From the human T2T-CHM13v2.0 reference genome, Homo sapiens: 64,000 nt of DNA. How positions within the stretch are numbered: position 1 is the first letter of the stretch; every line of letters begins with the position of its first letter. The DNA lies in NCBI RefSeq assembly GCF_009914755.1, contig NC_060927.1; one strand, written 5' to 3'. This document shows positions 24,651-49,038 of this stretch, in pieces. The notes under the pieces were generated by a model. It worked only from the letters and a program-made list of their open reading frames with translations. It was not told the origin of the DNA and ran no database searches. Made by a program: the position numbers and the translations under genes.

Positions 24651-25091
24651 TTGCCAGTTAGGAGCACAAATTTGCCCTAACTTTGACTTTAAACAAATGG
24701 GGGAAAATATGTAATCCTCCATAGACAGGGTGATTATTTCATTAATCGTCCAAACCACAGTACTTTGGAGAGTAAAAAGAGTCATTATTAATAATTATAG
24801 TGGGACAGGTGTAACCTAGAACTGTCCTGGGCAGAACCAGGACGTACGATCATCCTATTATATACAGATATAAAGAGCCTCTGGCAGGCTCTTCTGGTCT
24901 ATAAATTATTTTTTAATTAGCAAGATATTTAAGAATATCAGTCTTTAAAGCATTGTGCATCTGGGAAACAAACTTTGAATTTATTGCTTGTTAGTGTTCT
25001 AAAATAAGAACTTATTGCCTTGTATTTTAATTTTAGAGTGTTGCCCTTAGTTTCAATTTATCTTACAATTTTTTCTCCTTTACCATTTTAG

Positions 25092-25253
25092 TAATGGCAA
25101 CGTTGCAGCTACCAGCCACTAATTTGGCCAACTTGGCAAATTTGCCTCCTGGCACTAAACTCTACCTAACTACAAACAGCAAGAACCCTTCAGGAAAAGG
25201 AAAACTGCTGCTGATCCCTCAAGGAGCCATCCTGCGAGCTACGAACAATGCTA
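25092..25253 (+). CDS. YEATS2: YEATS2 coding exon 8 of window (VMATLQLPATNLANLANLPPG...ATNNA)
   Basis: ttttag|TAATGGCA; GCTA|gttagt; 162 nt, phase 1-1. Confidence 0.93.
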
Positions 25254-25659
25254 GTTAGTGAAACCATTGGGTTGAATCATTTGGTTCTTGGTTCTCTATG
25301 TGTGTTCATCTTGTCCATCTGAGGGCAGTTCTTACCTGTTTCAGGAAGCATTTCTGTAACTCTGTTGGGTGGTGTAATGGTAGCATTTGCCCAGATGGAT
25401 TTAACACATACGATAATTTAACTAGAAGTGGGTTTGCTCCTCAGCGTTTGCAATCAGAGATGAATCACTCTGGAGAGAGATGGCTGGTGAGGCTGTTGGG
25501 AGAAAGCTGTCTACATGAACCATGAATGAAGTGGTGTCTGAAAATTATCTGGTGATACCTGAGGGAAGATCCATCTACTTATAGAAGCTGGAAGTCTGTT
25601 TTTGGGGATAGGTTGGCATAGGATTGGAATCGAGTGTGTCTGTTTGACTTCATTTAGAT

Positions 25660-25961
25660 CAGGGGTCCCCAACCCCTGGGCCGCACAGCAGAAGTTGAGC
25701 ATGGACGAAGAAGCATTACTGCCTGAGCTCCGCCTCCTGTCAGATCAGCAGTGGCATCAGATTCTCACAGGAGCGCGAACCCTGTTGAGAACTGTGCATG
25801 CGAGGGATCTAGGTTGTGTGCTCCTTATGAGAATCTAATGCCTGATGATCTGAGGTGGAACAATTTCTTCCCCAAACCACCCCCCGCCTCCTGTCCCAAT
25901 TCATGGAAAAGTTGTCTTCCATGAAACTGGTCCCTGGTGCCACAAAGCTTGGGGACAGCTG
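25660..25961 (+). mobile_element. MER1B (hAT-Charlie)
   Basis: caggggtccccaacccc...tgagctccgcctcctgtcagatcagc...gagaatctaatgcctgatgatctgagg...ttggggacagctg. Confidence 0.85.
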
Positions 25962-26837
25962 GTTTGGATGTATTCCTTACTTCTGCTAGGTTTGGAGATG
26001 GAAAGAGAAATACAGACTCTACCTAGGTTTGTAAGTCTTAAAGCCCCATGGAAATGAGGCAGTTTATCTGCAGTTAAAGAAACTTTTGCTTTGACATATA
26101 GAGAAAAACCGTTTGGGCAGTGTTGAAAAGGATAGGATAAAAGGAAATTATTTCCCTCTGAATCAGAAGTAGAAGGGTACAGCATTCAGGGTCATTGGAA
26201 GTTAACCGCCCTTGCCAAAATGCAGTGTGTCAGCTCATCATCCTTGCGTTCATTGACCATGATGTGTCAGTTCCACTCTCACTTGGTATTTTTTCCTCAT
26301 ACCTAAGCAGTGGTATGTCCAAAAGTTAAATGTGTAAGAAAAGGACAATGTAAATATTTCAGAAGTCATCCAGGGAGCTACTTAGATTCTTGTGATATCC
26401 TTGGTGCAAAAATAAACCATTGGGAAGGAAGCTATTCCAATAATCACTGGAATGAAGGTGGAGAAGGAAATTGGAAGTTAGTATTTGTTGAGTGAATATT
26501 CATAGTCCAGGTAGTTCAAATGCATTATCTCACCAAAAGAGAAGTAAAAAGACTTCAAGGCTTTGAAGTGGGATTTGAAAGGCAAAGAAGAATGGGGTCC
26601 TGGAGTCATTGTAAATGAAGGAAAGTCTTCATTTTTCCTGAGACAGGGAGACAACATCAAGCACTGTAAAGTTACACTAAATTCCAGCAATTCCCTGACA
26701 TTGAATCAGATGCCCAAAAGTTGGGAAGCACCTAGCTGAGCACATTTAAGTGTTGATTAAAATACTTGGCTAGAGGCTGGGTGCAGTGGCTCACACCTGC
26801 AATCCCAGCACTTTGGAGGGCCAAGGCGGGCGGATCA

Positions 26838-27076
<239 letters not shown>

Positions 27077-27373
27077 TCAGTAGCAAGCCTTCTCTTGATC
27101 TCCCACGACCACGTCAAAGTATCTTCATTGTACTCAGAGCCGAAATACAGTCAGTTGTCATGCAGTTGAAAGGAAATAGATTTTGATCTAAAATCTAGGA
27201 AGTTCTCCTCACTCTTGTCACAGGGTAGGTAGATTACAGAAAAGACGGAGGAAAATGGGAAAGAAGAAGGAATGGCACTAAAAGGGAAACATCTCTCTGG
27301 GCTCATTTGTTTTTTATGCTAAAGCTTTGCTTGATACTTTTTATGATGTTGCTGTCATTCATTGTATTTTTAG

Positions 27374-27579
27374 ATCTCCAGTCTGGCTCAGCTGCCAGTG
27401 GTGGGAGTGGTGCCGGAGGAGGAGGAGGAGGAGGAGGAGGCGGCAGTGGCAGCGGTGGAGGCGGCAGCACAGGAGGAGGAGGAGGAACAGCAGGAGGAGG
27501 AACTCAAAGTACTGCTGGCCCTGGAGGGATATCTCAGCACCTGACTTACACATCTTACATCCTCAAGCAAACTCCCCAG
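27374..27579 (+). CDS. YEATS2: YEATS2 coding exon 9 of window (poly-Gly exon, NLQSGSAASGG...LKQTPQ)
   Basis: ttttag|ATCTCCAG; CCCCAG|gtctgg; 206 nt, phase 1-0; ORF 27307..27627. Confidence 0.95.
27415..27500 (+). repeat. YEATS2: Coding (GGA)n/(GGC)n poly-Gly repeat
   Basis: (GGA)8(GGC)2 at 27415-27444 plus further GGA runs. Confidence 0.95.
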
Positions 27580-27750
27580 GTCTGGTTCTCTGTAACTGAT
27601 ATTTTAAATCATTTAGCTATTGGATAACTATGCTTAATTATAATTGATTTACCTTTACAGCTCTGGGATCAGGGTTCAATACTAACACCTTAACCGTGTT
27701 ATCTATATCTATATCTTGGCCGGGTGTGGTAACTCATGCCTGTAATCCTA

Positions 27751-28074
<324 letters not shown>

Positions 28075-28208
28075 TTAGTAACTTATCCAGGATCTTCCTG
28101 CCAAGCCAATGGTAGAATTTGGATTTAAGCCAGGCACGGTGGCTCACGCCTGTAATCCCAGCATTCTGGGAGGCCGAGGCAGGCAGATCACCTGAGGTCA
28201 GGAGTTCA

Positions 28209-28406
<198 letters not shown>

Positions 28407-28997
28407 TCAAAAAAAAAAAAAAAGGAAAAGAATTTGGGTTTAAACCCAGATCTTCCTGCCTTAAAGATTTCTACTATGCTAATTGCCTCCAAAATCCATG
28501 AGGTAATAAACAGTATTAATGTACAGTTGAAAAGTTGCTCATAGAAGGGAGTGATCAAAGAGATGGTATCAAGTTGTAATATTTAGAGTTAAGTTAGATT
28601 TGATTAGGAACAGGTTTCCTCCTCGTCTCCTCTTGTCACTGAAGTCTTGGCTCTTTTTGAAGGAAAGTAATAGAATTTTGGTTCCAGATGTTCTTATTGA
28701 GAAAGATGATATCAGTCTGAATGATTAAATCCAGTTTTGAGGACTAAGTTGCAAAACATGAGTTTTCAACAGGCTGCTCTGTAACTACAGTGCAAAGTTT
28801 GAGAAGTGGGGATAACTAATGGAAGTAACACTTAGAGCACAACTATTCTTTTGAATTATTTTGCCTACATTGCAGAATTAAAGGGGAGAGCGTTGTAGCT
28901 TGTAACATGGGACGTTACATGTGATTTAAGGGATCAGAACAGCCCATCTGAATTTAACAAATTACCGATTAGTTCTTTATATTTTTTTCTAACTTAG

Positions 28998-29156
28998 GGC
29001 ACATTTTTAGTTGGCCAGCCATCACCCCAGACTTCTGGAAAACAACTCACCACTGGGTCAGTGGTCCAAGGAACACTGGGAGTCAGCACATCTTCTGCAC
29101 AAGGACAACAAACGCTAAAAGTCATCTCTGGACAGAAAACCACATTGTTTACACAG
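28998..29156 (+). CDS. YEATS2: YEATS2 coding exon 10 of window (GTFLVGQPSPQ...TTLFTQ)
   Basis: acttag|GGCACATTT; ACACAG|gtaaat; 159 nt, phase 0-0. Confidence 0.93.
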
Positions 29157-29210
29157 GTAAATACGCCCATGCACACACCCCAAATATGGGGTGATTATGG
29201 CATTTATTTA

Positions 29211-31452
<2,242 letters not shown>

Positions 31453-32099
31453 TTTACTTTTTTTTTTTTTTTTTTAAATTTTTTATCTTTCTGACTCAAG
31501 ATCTAACAGAGAAAACTTTAAATTGCTGTGGTTTCAGATTGCATAATACAACTAAACTTGAAGAAACTTCCACTTGTTGAGCTTTAGTGTAGCATCAGAG
31601 AAGAGTAACAACAGTATTTGAAAGAGCTGTTAAAATACTCTTCCCTTTTCCAACTACATATGTGGATATATCTCACACCAACACAGCAAGCACCACAGGA
31701 AGGAGGAAGCGGGGGCGCAGGGCATGGAGAACACTGGAAACTGAATAGAACTGGCTGCTCTTGCCACAGTACCCAACACATCACCCTTCTGGTTGCCTCA
31801 AGCTTCTGCTATCTCCAGATGTGGAGCTTATCTAGCGTTTTTCCACGCTTCTGTGGCAGATTCTCCTGGCGTGTCCCACGTAAGGCTTTTATCACTTGGC
31901 GAGGCTTTCTTCTGCAGCCTTTTGTCTGTTTTTCGTAGTTGCTTGTCCACTATTGGGCTCCTCAACTAGTTTTTGAACACAACCAGTAGAATGCATTTAT
32001 TTATTTATGCCTTTTCTGGTTTTTTTGGATTTGGCGCTGAGAGGAGTATTGCTGTCCACAATGAAGATAAAATGGCACAAATGTTTATGCAGTGAACTC

Positions 32100-33150
32100 T
32101 GGCAGCAAAATACATAAAGTGCAAAGACTATTAGGAATATGAGGAGAATTTGATAAAACTGCAGTCACAGAGAAGAATTTTAACATGTCTCTCAGCATTT
32201 AGCTAATCAAGTGGATAAATCTTTTTTATTATAAAGGATTTGTATTGGAATAACAGTACTAACAGGCTTAATTCTGTATCATTGAGACACAGAATACACA
32301 TTTTGCTTGTATATCTGTGGAACATTAACAAATTGATTATATACTTGGCCACAAAGAGAATCTCTTAGCATATTTCAAAAGTAGCATCCAATGTGCTTCA
32401 TTCTGTTACTCAATAAAAAAGTCAAATCAATAACAACCAAAAAACTTGACAATTAAAATACTCTTCTAAATTCTTGGGTTAAAAAAATCCAAATAAATTA
32501 CGGATGATTTAGCTGTTAATACAAATGACAATTTTATTAGGGTTCTCCAGAGAAACAGAACAAATATAATATATATAGATATTAAGAGGACATTTATTAT
32601 GAGAATTGGCTCCTGTGATTATGGAGACCAAGGAGTCCCACGACATGCTGTTAGCAGGCTGGAGATCAGGAAAGCTAGTGGTGTGATTCAGTCTGACTAC
32701 AAAGGCCTGCGAACTGGTGGGCATGGGAGTGAGGGGCACACTGGCATTAAGTCCTGGAGTCTGAAGGCCTGAGAACCAGGAGCTCTGATGTCTAAGGGTA
32801 GGAGAAGATTGATGTCTCAGCTTAAGAAGAGAGAGAGAATTCGCCCATTGTCCGCCTTTTTGTTCTATTCAGGTCCTTGACAGATTGGATGATGTCTGCC
32901 CACGTTGGCGAGGGCGGATCTTCTTTACTCTGTCTGCTAATCCAAATGCTGGTCTCTTGCAGAAATATTTTACCAGGTATCTGGGCATCCCTCAGCCCAC
33001 TCAAGTTGACATAAAATTAACCATCACAACAGTACTTGATATTAAAACCTATGGAAACAACCCAAACCAGGCTCAAGAAAATTCAAAGCTTTAAATGCTT
33101 TTTCCTTTTAGCCCCACATCCTTAAAGATATAATAAAATAATGCATAGAT
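32100..33150 (+). mobile_element. Old sense L1 ORF2 fragment split by an MLT2 LTR
   Basis: cagaatacacatt...ggaacatt...ttggccacaaagagaatctc; resumes after the LTR with aaaacctatgg. Confidence 0.6.
32533..33028. mobile_element. MLT2 (ERVL) solo LTR
   Basis: Starts tattagggttctccagagaaacagaac; ends aagttgacataaaattaaccatcaca. Confidence 0.85.
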
Positions 33151-33164
33151 CATAAGCGTAGATC

Positions 33165-34184
<1,020 letters not shown>

Positions 34185-34838
34185 TGATTCTATTTTTGTT
34201 CCATGATTCCACTTTCCTGTTGATGGACATTTGGATTATTTCCAGGTTTTTTTGTTTGTTTTTGCTGTCATGGATAAAACTGCCATAAATATTCTTACAC
34301 AGATATTTTTCTGCAGAACAGCCTGATCATAGGGTACATATATGTTTATAAGAAACTGAGAAATGGTTTACTAAAATGGTTGTACTGTTTGACTATCCCA
34401 GAGTAATATGAGGAAGTCTGATTTGCTCTACATCCTCACCAACACGGAGGATTGTCATTCTTTTTAATTTTAGCCATTGTTGTGAGTGCAAAGTCATATC
34501 TCATTGTGGTCTTTATTTGCATAAAGCTCCAATGCAAATTATGCCATGGCTATTACTTGTGGAATCTAGTCATAACTTTTTCAGATAGTGCTAGCTGTGT
34601 GACCCTGGTAAATTAATCTCTTCATCTCTAAGACAGGACTAAAACCTACTCTATACAGTTAGTGAAAATAATGACTTACGATGACATAAGATATGTACAA
34701 GTGCTTTCTGTTCTTCCTGGCACATAGTAAGATCTCAGAAACTAATAAATGGTGTCTGCTTGTGGAGTGCATTAATTTGGGACACTGAGCAGTCACTTAG
34801 AGCAGATTTCAGCAAACTACAGCCAAGGCTTCCTGTTT

Positions 34839-36104
34839 GCGTTGTTGCTGCTGTTTTTTATAATTTAAACTTTTATTTTAGATTCAGGGGGTACATGTGC
34901 AGGTTTGTTACATGGGTATATTGCATGATGCTGAGGCTAGGGTCATGATTGATCTTGTCACCCAGGGAGTGAGCATCATACCCAATAGTTAGTTTTTTAA
35001 CCCTTCCCTCCCTGCCCCATGTCATAGTCCTCAGTGTCTATTGTGGCCATCTTTGTGTCCATTTACCCAACGATTAGCTCCCACTTGTAAGTGAGAACAT
35101 GTAGCCTTTGGTTTTCTGTCCTGCATTCATTCACTTAGGATAATGGCCTCCAGCTGCATCTGTGTTGCTTCAAAAGAAATGATTTCTTACCTTTTCATGG
35201 CTGTGTGGTATTTGATGGTGTATCCAGTCCACTGCTGAAGGGTACCTAGGTTGATTCCATGTCTTTGCTATTGTGAATAGTGCAGTGATGGACATAGGGG
35301 TGCATGTGTCTTTTTAGTAGAATGATTTATTTTCTTTTGGATATATACACATAGATTGCTGAGTCAGATGGTAGTTCCGTTTTAAGTTTTTTGTTTTGTT
35401 TTTGAGACAGGATCTCACAGTCACCCAGGCTGGAGTGCAGCACCCTCGACCTCCTGGGCTCAAGCAGTTCTCCCATCCCAACCTCCCAAGTAGTTAGGAC
35501 TACAGTCCTGTGACACCATGGCCAGCTAACTTTTTATTTTTCTAGTGACAGGGTCAAGGTTGCCCAGGCTGGTCTTGAACTCCTGGGCTGAAGTGGCCTC
35601 CCAAAGTGCTGGGATCACAGGCATGAGCCACTGCACCCAACCTTTGTTTTCTGTTCTTTGAGAAATCTCCAAACTGCCTTCCACGGTGGCTGACCTAACT
35701 TACATTCCCACCCACAGTGTATAGGGCTTTCCTTTTTTCCACAGCCTATCTGGTGTGAGATGATATTGTGGTTTTGATTTGCATTTCTCTGGTGATTAGT
35801 GATACGGAGCATTTTTTCATGTTTGTTGGCTACTTGTATATCTTCTTTTGGAGAAATGTCTGTTCATGTCTTTTGCCCACTTTTTAATGAGGTTTATTTA
35901 TAATGAGGTTTATTTATTTGCTTGTTAAATTAGGTTCCTTATAGATTCTGGATATTAGACCTTTGTCGGATGTATGGTTTATGAATCTTTTCTCCCATTC
36001 TGTAGGTTGTCTCTACTCTGTTGATAGTTTCTTTTGCTGTGCAGAAGCTTTTTAGTTTAATTAGGTCCCACTTGGTTTTCCTTTTTGTTGCAATTGTTGT
36101 TGAT
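34839..36104 (-). mobile_element. L1PB/old L1PA 3' end inserted in MER58A, with an Alu at 35395-35640
   Basis: agggggtacatgtgcaggtttgttacatgggtatattgcatgatgctgagg; TSD gcttcctgttt at 34828 and 36105. Confidence 0.85.
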
Positions 36105-36235
36105 GCTTCCTGTTTTTTGTAAGTAACATTTTATTGGAACACAGCCACACTCGTTTCACGCTGTAATCGTAGAGCCGAGGAGTTGCAACAGAGGTCCTAC
36201 GGCCTGAAAGCCAAAATTGCATACTCTCGCCATTA

Positions 36236-37130
<895 letters not shown>

Positions 37131-37581
37131 TAAAAAATATGTAATTTGTAAATGGTTCTCCAGTACTAAAATGCTAAGCCTATATCTAATTTAGAAGACC
37201 ATTAACCTTACCCATTTAAATCTGGCCCTGTCTAGGGTTGATTCTCATGTTTAAAGATTATACGTACATTTAAGAGCATGTTGTAATCAAGTATTTTGAA
37301 AACAAGTGACCTGTTACCTTTAAAGATACTGCTGCCAAATAGTAACTTGCAAATGCATTTATTTACTTGTTCTATATTGGGGTAAAGGGATATTTATAGG
37401 TGAAAGGTCATAAAATTTGGAGCTTGTTAGAAAGGTGTGTAAACACCTCATGTAGGTTGGATTGGTAAGACTTTCTTGGTTATTCTCCAAGTCATGGGGC
37501 GTATCTCAGCTGTCAGTAAGGAATGAGTTATGTCTATTATCCAAGGCAACATGATTATTTCTGCCCATCTTGTTTCTGCAG

Positions 37582-37758
37582 GCAGCCCATGGAGGACAGG
37601 CATCTCTAATGAAAATATCCGATAGCACCTTGAAGACTGTGCCAGCCACCTCACAGCTCTCGAAGCCTGGAACCACAATGCTGAGAGTAGCAGGAGGGGT
37701 TATCACAACTGCCACTTCCCCTGCCGTGGCCCTCTCAGCAAACGGTCCTGCACAACAG
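37582..37758 (+). CDS. YEATS2: YEATS2 coding exon 11 of window (AAHGGQASLMK...NGPAQQ)
   Basis: ctgcag|GCAGCCCAT; CAACAG|gtgaga; 177 nt, phase 0-0; ORF 37570..37800. Confidence 0.95.
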
Positions 37759-37879
37759 GTGAGAAATAGCATGTCAGTAGAGAATCCTAATGAGACATGA
37801 AAGTGGTGTAGATACAAGGAAGGTGTCCAGCAGGCACACCAGTGGACCTTTTAAAAATACTCAACTATTGCTTTTTTTT

Positions 37880-41400
<3,521 letters not shown>

Positions 41401-42241
41401 CATCTCTCAATCGTCTTGGAAGCCCACAGACTTGAATGATGTGGCTTGACTTCTCAAGCTTCATCTCCTGCAGCTGCTGCTTCCCCGTGCCTCTTCACAG
41501 GTGACACCACTCTGCTTTGCAGCTTCTTGAACATACAATGTTCTTTCATGCCTCACCAACTTTCTACATACTCTCCTCTGCCAGGAAACACTGTCATCTC
41601 TCCCTTTCTCTGTCTTAAATCTGGAAGATTCCTCTAAAGTGCCTAATGTTTTACCTGAAGCTTTTTCCTGTACCCTCCTGTTTCTATTCCTAGGCAGAAG
41701 CAGTGCCTTTCTTCTTGGTTGTGTTGGTGACATTTGCCTGTGCTTGCCGTAGCATCATTATACTTAGGTGACTGTTTCCTTGGTCGCTTTTCTCTCAGAG
41801 CCTTAGCACTTAACCATTATGCCGGCCATGTAGTAGATGTTTGTTCAATGAAGTGACAGACTTTAAATCATTGTCATGTGTTCTTAATAAAGCTCATTTT
41901 TAGTCCATGTGTATATTCTGAGAATATGTCCTCCTAGTTTTTTGGTGATGAAGTTGCCTTTTATAAAGGGATATAATAGGTGGTGAATTTTAAAAATATG
42001 ATGACCCCCATGATACTTCCTTGTTTTAAATTTTTTAAATTTTCTTGGTCCATGAAATGTAAAGGTATAGTAACCACTGAACTAGAGAAGTAATCTTTTT
42101 TAAATGGTATGGCATTTACTAAGTAGTCATTAACACCTAATAGATGATATTTAGTGTGTGTGCTGTGTGGCCGTCACCGCCGTCAGTCATCACTCTGCTT
42201 TCTTCCTGAACTGTGTTGTTTCGGACCCCATGGGTGAGCAG

Positions 42242-42425
42242 TCTGAAGGAATGGCTCCCGTGTCTTCATCTACGGTCAGTTCTGTAACGAAAACTTCTGG
42301 GCAGCAGCAAGTGTGTGTGAGCCAGGCCACCGTGGGAACCTGCAAGGCTGCCACCCCCACCGTCGTCAGCGCCACGTCCCTCGTGCCTACACCAAACCCC
42401 ATCTCTGGGAAAGCCACAGTATCCG
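42242..42425 (+). CDS. YEATS2: YEATS2 coding exon 12 of window (SEGMAPVSSST...KATVS)
   Basis: gagcag|TCTGAAGGA; TCCG|gtgagt; 184 nt, phase 0-1; ORF 42158..42664. Confidence 0.9.
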
Positions 42426-42489
42426 GTGAGTTGCATTGTGATATTATTTCTCTCTCTTTTCTCTCATTGGGCTGGAATATTTTTGTTTG

Positions 42490-45365
<2,876 letters not shown>

Positions 45366-46004
45366 ACATTTTCATAACAGGATCAAACTATTTCCTACTT
45401 AAAACCAGCAGTTTTTCAATTAAGTTTTTTGTGTGCATCGTAAACTGCATTAAACTTAAGGTCTCATTGGGACAGAAGCTGCGTGAGCAACGGAGAGAGC
45501 ATAAGGAGATTCTGTCAGAGCACGCAGGGGCTGTGTGGGGTGTTGGAACTTTGACTCTGGGGGAAGCCACTGGAGGGTTTTAAGCTAAGGTGGAATATGA
45601 TCTGCCTTACCTTTTAACAGGGTCATTGGTGCAGTATTGACAGTAATTTCTGGGGCACAAGGTGGAAGCAGGGAATGGACCAGGAAGTAGACACTAAGAA
45701 AGAAAATTTGATGATGTATCAGGGAACTCTGGCCAGACAAGGATTTTTCCCAGAAGTGAAGGGCATGAACTGCTACTTTCAAAAGGCACAGTGTAAAGAA
45801 ATGGAAAATTTCAGAAATTACATTATCATTGAGCTTCTCAGTGGCAGTGCTAGAAGCTAGCATACTGCTGCTTTTCAAAATGCAAGAACATTACTTTCAG
45901 TCTAGAATTCTCTAGTCAAGGAGATCATTACAGAGTGAGGGTAGAACTATTTCTGACAAAGTTTGAAATGTATTTCCTGTGTACCCTCTCCAAAGACATT
46001 CCTA

Positions 46005-46210
46005 AAATATGGGATGGGGTTATGTCCCAGTCAGCTGTTGTAAGGTGAAAATATTCTAAGTGTTAAAAATGCGTGACCGGCTGAGGGCTGTGGCTTGCTG
46101 CCACTGCCCAGCATCACGAGAGAGGTACAGTTTCTACTGAGTGCCTGTTGCTTTCATACCATGCCAAAGTCAAAAACTCCAAAGTCAACCATTGTAAGGG
46201 AACATCTGTA
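46005..46210. mobile_element. MER47A-like relic
   Basis: gatggggttatgtcccag...gctgccactgcccagcatcacgagaga...aacatctgta. Confidence 0.6.
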
Positions 46211-46908
46211 TAGGGAAGAAAGGGTATATAAGTGCCGTAAAGGGGGCACTTTTTAAGGCATTTATACCCTTTTCTGGGCCCCATCTAGGGCTAGATTTGA
46301 CTTTGACTCTGGGGGAAGCCACTGAAGACCCCATCTAGGGGCTGGGTGCAGTGGCTCACGACTGTAATTCCAGCAGTTTGGGAGGCCAACGCAGGCAGAT
46401 TGCTTGAGCTTGGGAGTTTGAGACAAGCCTGGGCAATGTGACAAGACCCCATTTCTTAAAAAAAAAAAAAAAATTAGCTGGGCATGGTAGTTGTGCCTGT
46501 AGTCCCAGCTACTTGGGAGGCTGAGATGGGAGGATTACTTGACCCTGGGAGGTCGAGGTTGCAGTGAGCCATGATTGCTCGCATCACTGCACTCCAGCCT
46601 GGGTGAAAGAGCAAGACACTGTCTCAAAAAAAAAAAAAAGAAAAAGAAAAAAAGAAAAAACCATCTACCCTAATAGTAAATCAGTAGGTAAAATTAAAAA
46701 TTGATGAATCAAGGCCTACAACATATACATTCCTTTTTAAATTATTTTTATTTCATTTTTAGAGCAGAGTCTTGCTCTGTTACCCAGGCTGGAGTGCAGG
46801 GGCATGATCATAGCTCATTGTAGCCTTTGAACTCCTGGGATCAGGCTGTCCTCCCACTTCAGCCTCCCTAATGGCTGGTACTACAGGGGCATGCCACCAC
46901 ACGGGACT

Positions 46909-46944
<36 letters not shown>

Positions 46945-47694
46945 GACGGGGTCTTGCTTTGTTGCCGAGGCTGGTCTCAAACTCCTGGCCTCAACCAGTC
47001 CTCCCTTCTTGGCCTCCCAAAGTGCTGGGGTTACAGGTGTAAGCTGCTGCACTTGGCCCTACACATTCTTTTACATATACTGAGATAAACATTAATAAAA
47101 AGAACCGACAGGGATTAAAGTGGCTACCAGTAGGGAACTAGATGAAAATAGGGAGGTGGAATGGGGTTGGCTATATTTAGTTATAAGCCTTTTAGTACTT
47201 TCTAACTTGTCAGCTGATGAGCATGCATAAAAATACGGGAACTTCAGATCATTGTTAAACTCCTCAAGATCCTGTCTCTGGAAGTATTACTACCTGATGA
47301 TTTAACACTCTTCTATTCCAAAGAAAGATTTTGTTTATTTAAGGCCTTGCTCTAGAAAGTATTTAAGATTATTCCTTTCCTTAGCTCAGACCAGCTGCTT
47401 TCCGGTGCCTTAAAGTATCTTTAGCTCTTGATGCTGGGTTTTTTTTTTTTTTTTTTGAGACGGAGTTCCGCTCTCGTTGCCCAGGCTGGAGTGCAATGGC
47501 GTGATCTCGGCCTACTGAAACCTCCGCCTCCCGAGTTCAAGTGATTTTCCTGCCTCAGCCTCCCAAGTAGCTTGAATTACAGGCACCTGCCACCATGCCC
47601 GGCTATTTTTTTTTTTTTTTTTTTTTGTATTTTTAGTAGAGACAGGGTTTCACCATGTTGGCCAGGCTGGTCTCGAACTCCTGACCGCAGGTGA

Positions 47695-47817
<123 letters not shown>

Positions 47818-48506
47818 TAAAGGCCCTTTTTGATTTTTTAAATGGCCCTCTGAATGCCTAGAACAGTTTTACGTGGAAATGGGAATATAGAAATCACCTT
47901 TAAGATAAAATGAGAGAAGGTGATCCTTTCTAAAACGATAGAGAACATCTGATGTTTGAAAAACAAAGGCTGCTGCACAGAGGTAGGAAACGATGAGGTG
48001 TGGTGTGTAGACAGATGCACATACTAGATATGTAGGGACAGTGGGAAAGAGATGCGCATACATTGGCACCAGATTAAAATGGACCCTGAATGCTTGAAGC
48101 TAATTTTGGAAATACGTTTTAGGCAGTCAGGAGCCAGCATAGGTTTTTAAGTAGGAGAATGACAGTGTTTCACATCAAAACACGGAATTTTATATCCAGA
48201 GCTATGTACAAAATCCAAAATTTTGTACACAGAAGAGCTATGTGCAAAATAAATAAATTGTCATAGAAAACAAACATGGAAGAGTACTATCTGAAAACAT
48301 TAGTATTGATTTTCTCTGCGGTAGGACTTTGGGTGACTTTTTATCCTTTTTACTAGCAAAAATGTGTTACTTCATGGTTGTGGGACGAGGATACTTAATC
48401 ATTACGGGCAGGCACAGTGGTTCACATCTATAATCCCAGTGCTGGCCAGGCGCGGTAGCTCACGCCTGTAATCCCAGCACTTTGGGAGGCCTAGGTGAGT
48501 GGATCA

Positions 48507-48854
<348 letters not shown>

Positions 48855-49003
48855 TTAGCTGTGTGTCATGGTATGCCTGTAGTACCAGCCACTCTGGAAG
48901 CTGAGACAGGAGGATCACTTGAGCCCAGGAGTTCAAGGTTACAATGAGCTATGATTGTACCACTGCGCTTTTCAACCTGGGCGACAGCCTGTCTCTAACA
49001 CAA

Positions 49004-49038
<35 letters not shown>

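Noticed and set aside
27327-27599. Poly-Arg, poly-Leu and poly-Ser ORFs overlapping the Gly exon
   Set aside because: Alternative-frame by-products of the GGA repeat; no independent start or splice support.
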